Below, in pieces: positions 51,131 to 56,855 of a stretch of 56,855 nucleotides of DNA. The stretch comes from Candidatus Eiseniibacteriota bacterium (GTDB taxonomy: Bacteria; ARS69). The notes beneath the pieces were generated by a model. It was not told where the DNA came from. It ran no database searches and worked only from the letters and a program-made list of their open reading frames with translations. A program made the translations under genes and the position numbers. The DNA is taken from assembly GCA_052390515.1 (NCBI GenBank), contig JBQTGV010000035.1:1-56855 (forward strand). Reading direction: 5' to 3'. The first letter of the stretch is position 1. Each line of letters starts with the position of its first letter.

Positions 51131-52531
51131 GTGACCTTTGCCGCCCGCATCCGGCGGCCCGGGAGGCGGGGAGCGGCAGCGCTCCTCGTCGCCCTCGCCT
51201 GCTCCGGTTGCGCTTCGTACACACAGACCGCGCTCGAGGTGCGGGGGCCGCTGGCCGCCGGCGACCTGGAGCGCGCGCAGGCCTTTTTGGAAGAGAAGAA
51301 GCCCGGCGGCGACGGGCTTCCGTATCTGATGGAGCTGGGCTTGGTGCTCCGTTACCGCGGCGAGTTCGCCCGCTCCAACGCCGCGTTCGCGGAGGCCGAG
51401 CGGCTCATCGACGAACTGTACACCGAGTCCCTGTCGAAGAAACTATTCGCGCTGGCCACCAGCGACGAGGCCATCCCCTACGACGGCGAAGCGTGGGAGC
51501 GCGTTCTCATCAACTACTACAGCGCGCTGAACTACGTGGACCTCGGGCAGTTCGACGAAGCTCTGGTCGAGTGCCGCAAGATCAATCACAAGCTCAAGGT
51601 GTACGCGGACTCGGAGGAGAGCCCGCCGACGTATCGCTCGGACGCCTTCGCGCAGTACCTCACCGGCATCCTCTACCAGGCGAACGGCGACGTGAACGAC
51701 GCCTGGGTGTCGCTCCGGCTGGCGGACGAGGAGTACGAGCGATACCGGACGGAGTACGGCGTGCCCGTGCCCCAGTCCCTGGCGTCGGACCTGATGCGGC
51801 TGGCGGCCGACCAGGGCTACGCCGACGACCTCGAGCGGCTCGAGGAGCGCTTCCCCGACGCGTCCGTGGCGTCGACCGGCGATCTGCTGGCGAAGGGCGA
51901 GATCGTCGTCTTCTACGAGGAGGGCTTCATCCCGGCGAAGAAGCAGGCGGACCTGACGCTGCCGATTCTCAAGCACGAGTGGGACGACGATCAGGTCACA
52001 TACGCGCGCACACTATCGGGGCGAAGACACGTGCACCGGCAGTACAAGAAGACCGAGCTCGAGTACCTGCTGCGCGTGGCCATTCCGGAGTTCGCGCCCA
52101 AGACCGCGGCGGAGAGCCCGGGACACGCCGTCGTCACCGTGGGCGAAGTGGCGGCGAAGTCGCAGCTCGCCGAGGACCTGGACGCCATCGCGCGGCGCGG
52201 ACTGGACGACCGCATGGACGGCATCGTCTTCAAGACCGTGCTACGCGGCCTCGCCAAGTACGCGCTCACCCGCGGTGTCGAGGCCAAGAAGGGCGACGTG
52301 GCCGGAACGCTGGTGAACCTGTTCACGGCGGTCACCGAGAAGGCGGACACGCGCGGCTGGATCACGCTGCCGCGGACCATCCAGGTGGCGCGGCTCGTCG
52401 TTCCGCCGGGGACGCACGCGGTGGACGTGACGTGCTACGGGCCGAGCGGGAACGTGGTGGAGAGCGTGACATTCCAGGACGTGCAGGTCGGCCCCGGCGA
52501 GGTGCGGATCCTCAGCCACCGATCGTTCTAG
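51131..52531 (+). CDS. COG3014-like TPR lipoprotein
   Basis: Lipobox CSGC; 'PYDGEAWERVLINYYSALNY', 'ALVECRK', 'EKADTRGWITLP'; adjacent to the lpoB-like gene. Confidence 0.8.
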   Translation: MTFAARIRRPGRRGAAALLVALACSGCASYTQTALEVRGPLAAGDLERAQAFLEEKKPGGDGLPYLMELGLVLRYRGEFARSNAAFAEAERLIDELYTESLSKKLFALATSDEAIPYDGEAWERVLINYYSALNYVDLGQFDEALVECRKINHKLKVYADSEESPPTYRSDAFAQYLTGILYQANGDVNDAWVSLRLADEEYERYRTEYGVPVPQSLASDLMRLAADQGYADDLERLEERFPDASVASTGDLLAKGEIVVFYEEGFIPAKKQADLTLPILKHEWDDDQVTYARTLSGRRHVHRQYKKTELEYLLRVAIPEFAPKTAAESPGHAVVTVGEVAAKSQLAEDLDAIARRGLDDRMDGIVFKTVLRGLAKYALTRGVEAKKGDVAGTLVNLFTAVTEKADTRGWITLPRTIQVARLVVPPGTHAVDVTCYGPSGNVVESVTFQDVQVGPGEVRILSHRSF

Positions 52532-52587
52532 CCACGGGGTCGGCCGATGCTCCAGTCCCGCCGCGGAGAATCACCGCGTCCTCGCGC

Positions 52588-53373
52588 TCACTCCGCCTCG
52601 AAGTCGCTCCGCTCCACCCACCAGCGGCGCCCGCACCGCGGGCAGAAGACCTCGACGCCCCCTTCGCCCCGGAACAGTTCCTCGGGGTCCTTCGCGAACA
52701 TCCCGCGTATGACTTCCAGGATCTTCTGCGGGCTGCACCCGCACTGGAAGCGGTAGGTGCGTTCGTCCAGCAGCGGAAGTCCATCGTCGCAGAGGCCGAG
52801 CGCCTCCTCGCGGCCGAGCCCGCGCAGCCACGCCGACCTCGTGTCCGGCAAGCCCAAGAGCATCACGAACTCCGTGTCCGTGGCCTCGAAGAAGCGTGCC
52901 GGCGTCTGCTCCGACATGTCGTAGTACCTCTCGAACATGTGCAGCAGGTCGTGCCCCTGCACGTCGATCGTGCTCACGACCGGCGTACCGCCGGCGCGGC
53001 TCGTCTGCACGTACATGCGGCTGCTCTCCGCCGGGCGCACGTTCTCGGTGAAGATGCGCCCGGTCACGGTGCGTTCCCCGGAGTCTCCGGTGAGGAACAC
53101 GTTGGTCGGGGGCCGGTGCAGATTGATCGTCCAGGCCACGTTCTCGCCCGCCGGTCGGCAGGCGAGATGCAGCGCCGCCGCGCCCAGACCCTGGCGCATC
53201 AGGATCTGGGACAGCCCGTCCGGCTCCGATTCCCAGCGCTGAACGTGGTCCAGATAGGCCGCGTGCAGCGGGGCGAAGTCGGCGACCAGCACGATCAGAT
53301 CGTGCTCGCGGTCCAGATGCCTGCGCACGGACGCTTCGCCGACCTTGGCCGCTTCGGGAGCCGGTCGCGTCAC
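52588..53373 (-). CDS. hslO: Hsp33-family redox chaperone
   Basis: C-terminal Zn motif 'FQCGCS...EVFCPRCG'; GTG start overlapping the NRDE stop. Confidence 0.75.
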   Translation of the reverse strand: MTRPAPEAAKVGEASVRRHLDREHDLIVLVADFAPLHAAYLDHVQRWESEPDGLSQILMRQGLGAAALHLACRPAGENVAWTINLHRPPTNVFLTGDSGERTVTGRIFTENVRPAESSRMYVQTSRAGGTPVVSTIDVQGHDLLHMFERYYDMSEQTPARFFEATDTEFVMLLGLPDTRSAWLRGLGREEALGLCDDGLPLLDERTYRFQCGCSPQKILEVIRGMFAKDPEELFRGEGGVEVFCPRCGRRWWVERSDFEAE

Positions 53374-54119
53374 GCCGCGCACGCCTTCCGGCGCGGTAGG
53401 GTCGCGGCGACGTCCGGCGCCGGCTCGCAGGGCGGGCCACCGTGATACGCAAGCTCCACCTCGTCCCGGCCGACGCGGACGTGGGTGAAGCTCCGGGTGG
53501 CCGCGTCCTCCCGATGCATGCACACCGAGAACGCACTCGGACCGTTCTCGTGGCTCTTGTGGTACGCGAGCAGCCGCTCGCGCGTCGGCACTCCGCCCAC
53601 GATCCGCCGGTACTCTGCGCGCCGGTGCGCGCCTACTTCGCCCTCCTCGAACGAGCTGGATACGAGCGGCACGCGCTTCTCCGCGTCGCCGTCCACCGCG
53701 AGACGCCGCCGGTCCCACTCCGCGACGAGCGCCGTCCTGCGCTCCCCCAGCGCGAGCAGGCGGAACGACCGGTACGCGTCCAGGTCCGTCCCGCGGATCT
53801 GCTGCTCGATCTCGCCCGTCGTCCGGCAACCGGCGAGGTCGATCACCAGCAGTCCTCGGCTTCGCCAGTCGGTCCGCACGCCGTAGTCCGCCGAACGGAA
53901 GCCGTTCAGCACGGCGAGGGAGACGCCTGAGTCGTTCACGGCGATCCAGGTCCCGCCGAAATCCGGATCCTCCGGCGCGAGGAAGCTGACCGCGGTACCG
54001 TCAGGCCGGACCGCCTCTCGAGCGCGCGGCGGCCGCGCCTCGCCGCGCGCCCGGAGCTCGTCGCGGTTGAAGAAGAGCTCGTAACCGGAATCCGTCCGGA
54101 GCCAGGTCGCGGTGCACAT
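53370..54119 (-). CDS. NRDE/TANGO2 family protein
   Basis: 'MCT...FNRDE..R', 'GGTWIAVN', 'SRGLLV'. Confidence 0.93.
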   Translation of the reverse strand: MCTATWLRTDSGYELFFNRDELRARGEARPPRAREAVRPDGTAVSFLAPEDPDFGGTWIAVNDSGVSLAVLNGFRSADYGVRTDWRSRGLLVIDLAGCRTTGEIEQQIRGTDLDAYRSFRLLALGERRTALVAEWDRRRLAVDGDAEKRVPLVSSSFEEGEVGAHRRAEYRRIVGGVPTRERLLAYHKSHENGPSAFSVCMHREDAATRSFTHVRVGRDEVELAYHGGPPCEPAPDVAATLPRRKACAA

Positions 54120-54153
54120 CGCGGCGAGCATAAGCCCCGACACCGGCCGGCGC

Positions 54154-54162
54154 TGCTATAAT
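54154..54162 (+). promoter_or_regulatory. Extended -10 promoter
   Basis: TGCTATAAT, about 32 nt upstream of ATG 54195; SD AAGGAG. Confidence 0.65.
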
Positions 54163-54194
54163 CAGGACGAACCGGCTGCAGAAGGAGCATCGGG

Positions 54195-56747
54195 ATGACG
54201 ATCCCCGCAGCATTTCGCGCCGTAGGACTCGCCTTCGGGATGGCCGTCGCCGCCTTGCTGGCTTGGCAGCTTCGCCCTGCTCCCGAGGCGCCCAAGCAGC
54301 CCAACGACTGGTTCCTCGCGCAGCGCGCCTGGCCGGGGCACGAGGTTCCTGCCGGCGCGCACGCGAACGCGCTGGCGCAGGCGCGCGCGCTGGCGGAAGC
54401 TCCGTTCCGATCCTCGGCCACGCCGTGGACCGCCACCGGCCCGACGAACGTCGGCGGTCGCATCACCGCCATCGCCGTCGATCCCTCCAACTCCTCCCGC
54501 GTTTGGATCGGCGGAGCCGACGGGGGCGTCTTCCGCAGCACGGACGGCGGCCTCGCCTGGACGCCGCAGCTCGACGAGTTCGGCGGGCTGTCCATCGGAG
54601 CGCTCGCCCATCACCCGACGCAGGCCGGCGTCCTGGTCGCCGGTACGGGGGAGGCCAACGGCAGCGGCGACTCCTACGACGGACTCGGCATCCTGCTCAC
54701 CACCGACAGCGGCGACACGTGGAGCGTCGCCGGGCTGCCCGCATCCCAGCGCATCGGCCGCATCGCCTGGAACGCGACCGACCCCTCGGTGATTCACGTC
54801 GCCGTCTCCGGCGGCCTCTTCTCCAAGGGGCCGGACCGCGGAATGTACCGCTCGACCGACGGCGGCGCCTCCTGGCACCAGACGCTCTTCGTCAGCGATT
54901 CGACTTCCGCCATCGACGTCGTGCTGGATCCGTCGAACCCGCAGAACGTCTTCGCCGCGTTCTGGGAGCGGCTGCGCGCGCCGAGCAACCGCAGCGTGGC
55001 CGGACCGACCAGCGGCGTGTGGAAGTCCACGGACGGCGGCGACACCTGGACGAAGCTCACCAGCGGCCTGCCGTCGGGTTCGACCGTCGGCCGCATCGGC
55101 CTCGCGCTGGCGGCCACGAGCCCGCAGACCGTCTTCGCCATCTACGCCGACACGCCGGGCAACTTCACCGGCGTGTACCGCACCACGAACGGCGGAACGA
55201 GCTGGTCCCGCCGGGACGACGGCATCGACCTGTCCAGCCTGTACTCGAACTTCGGCTGGTACTTCGGCAACATCCGGGTCGATCCCACGAACGCGAACGT
55301 GCTCTACGCGCTCGGCGTCTCGTTCTACAAGTCGACCGACGGCGGCGTGAACTGGTTCAGCGCGCTGGGAATCCAGCACGTCGACCAGCACGACCTGTGG
55401 ATCAACCCGTCGACGTCCTCGCAGCTCTACTCCGGAAACGACGGCGGCTTCTACGTGAGCACGAACACGGCGGCCAGCTGGACGCATCGGAACACGCTCC
55501 CCATCACGCAGTTCTACGCCATCACCGTGGACCCGCAGCTCCCCTGGCGCATCTACGGCGGGACGCAGGACAACAGCACGCCGCGCACGCTCACGGGTGC
55601 CCTGGACGACTGGGACGTGCTGATCGGCGGCGACGGCTTCACCGTGCTCGTCGATCCGACGAACTCCAACGTCATCTACGGCGAGTACCAGTACGGCGGA
55701 TTCGTGAAGTCGACCGACGGCTTCAACTTCAGTTCGGCGAAGAGCGGCATCTCCGGATCGGACCGCACGAACTGGCACGCGCCCTTCGTCATGGATCCGA
55801 ACGACAACCTGAAGCTGTACTTCGGCACGTACCGCGTGTACCGGACGACGAACGGCGCAGCGAGCTGGTCCGCCATCTCCACCGATCTCACCGACGGACC
55901 CGGCGGCGGCAGCCTCACGTTCGGTACGCTCACCACGCTGGCCGTCTCTCCCACCGCGCCGAACACGATCTACGCGGGAGCGGACGACGGCAACGTGCAC
56001 GTCACGACGAACGGAGGTGGGAGCTGGACGGAGATCGACGCGGGGCTGCCGGTACGCTGGGTGACGCGCGTCGCGGTGGATCCGGCCGACGACGCCACGG
56101 CCTACGTGACCTTCTCCGGCTACAAGTCGGACGTCTTCCTGCCGCACGTGTTCCGCACCACGAATCACGGCACGTCGTGGACGGACATCTCCGGCAACCT
56201 CCCCGAAGCCCCCGTCAACGACATCATCCCCGATCCGGACGATCCGAACCGGCTCTTCGTGGCCACGGACGTGGGCGTGTACGTGTCCGCCGATCTCGGC
56301 GGCACCTGGGAGAAGCTGGGCACGGGGCTCCCGCTCTCCGTCGTCGTGGACATCGAGCTGCACGATCCGACGCGCTGGCTGGTGGCCGGAACCCACGGCC
56401 GCTCGTCGTATGCGCTGGATCTCGCATCGGTGGTCGACGCGCCGCTCGTCGCGGGAGAGGCGGCCACGTCAGGAATCCGCCTCGCCGCGCCGGCGCCGAA
56501 TCCGTCGGACGGGGCGGTGCGGCTCGCGTTCACACTGCCCCGCGCGGGCGAGGTGCGGCTCACGTTGCACGACGTGGCCGGCCGTCGGATCCGGGAGCTG
56601 TGGTCGGGGAACGCCGCCGCCGGCTCCAACGAGCTGACGTGGGACGGCCGGGACGCGGCCGGACACCCGGTACCCGCAGGCGTCCTCTTCGCGCGGCTGG
56701 AAGCGGCGGGCGAGGTGCGCACGGCGAAGGTCCTCCGCCTGCGCTGA
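54195..56747 (+). CDS. Secreted VPS10/BNR-repeat double-propeller protein with FlgD-Ig tail (paralog of 43659-46211)
   Basis: 'GPTNVGGRI', Asp-boxes, 'HVDQH', 'GGTQDN', 'THGRS', 'PAPNPS...HDVAGRRI...WDGRD'. Confidence 0.87.
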   Translation: MTIPAAFRAVGLAFGMAVAALLAWQLRPAPEAPKQPNDWFLAQRAWPGHEVPAGAHANALAQARALAEAPFRSSATPWTATGPTNVGGRITAIAVDPSNSSRVWIGGADGGVFRSTDGGLAWTPQLDEFGGLSIGALAHHPTQAGVLVAGTGEANGSGDSYDGLGILLTTDSGDTWSVAGLPASQRIGRIAWNATDPSVIHVAVSGGLFSKGPDRGMYRSTDGGASWHQTLFVSDSTSAIDVVLDPSNPQNVFAAFWERLRAPSNRSVAGPTSGVWKSTDGGDTWTKLTSGLPSGSTVGRIGLALAATSPQTVFAIYADTPGNFTGVYRTTNGGTSWSRRDDGIDLSSLYSNFGWYFGNIRVDPTNANVLYALGVSFYKSTDGGVNWFSALGIQHVDQHDLWINPSTSSQLYSGNDGGFYVSTNTAASWTHRNTLPITQFYAITVDPQLPWRIYGGTQDNSTPRTLTGALDDWDVLIGGDGFTVLVDPTNSNVIYGEYQYGGFVKSTDGFNFSSAKSGISGSDRTNWHAPFVMDPNDNLKLYFGTYRVYRTTNGAASWSAISTDLTDGPGGGSLTFGTLTTLAVSPTAPNTIYAGADDGNVHVTTNGGGSWTEIDAGLPVRWVTRVAVDPADDATAYVTFSGYKSDVFLPHVFRTTNHGTSWTDISGNLPEAPVNDIIPDPDDPNRLFVATDVGVYVSADLGGTWEKLGTGLPLSVVVDIELHDPTRWLVAGTHGRSSYALDLASVVDAPLVAGEAATSGIRLAAPAPNPSDGAVRLAFTLPRAGEVRLTLHDVAGRRIRELWSGNAAAGSNELTWDGRDAAGHPVPAGVLFARLEAAGEVRTAKVLRLR

Positions 56748-56750
56748 CGA

Positions 56751-56855
56751 CTAGTGTTCCGTCTCGAAAGAAATGATCAGATGGCCGAGCGTCGTAGCCG
56801 CCGTGTCCGGAGCCACGGACGGCGGAGGCCGGCGGCCACGAAGCGAGCGAGGCAC
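56751..56855. mobile_element. Second MITE copy, truncated by the window end
   Basis: Matches the first ~106 nt of copy 1 except one indel and one substitution; begins 3 bp after a stop codon. Confidence 0.9.

Overview
High-GC bacterial chromosomal segment. Gene content suggests the Ca. Eisenbacteria/Krumholzibacteriota/Latescibacterota neighbourhood (inference, from many secreted proteins with FlgD-Ig/T9SS-like C-termini and 'WGxIKxGY' tails). Core genes: rnc with a long disordered tail, gap-pgk-tpiA-secG-tRNA-Leu(GAG), rocD, sthA, sahR-like/ahcY with operator and promoter, lemA-TPM-TPM, malQ, cold-shock gene, nadA, DD-carboxypeptidase, long greA, pepF, lpoB-like/COG3014-like lipoproteins, hslO and an NRDE gene. 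Most notable: (1) a lower-GC four-gene secreted-protein cluster (24862-32251, minus; first three genes ATGA-coupled) led by a ~1600-aa M6-like metalloprotease, with a (TTCC)8 microsatellite in its signal-peptide region that puts the SD-preceded ATG out of frame, a candidate phase-variable switch in the OFF state; (2) an output-less PAS/REC/Rossmann/GAF sensor coupled to a stand-alone 78-aa HisKA protein; (3) two C-terminal tag types on secreted proteins; (4) a 165-bp MITE present twice; (5) sigma70-like promoters with 18-bp spacers and several apparently leaderless genes. No CRISPR array, rRNA, transposase or integrase seen. All family calls are by eye; no searches were run.
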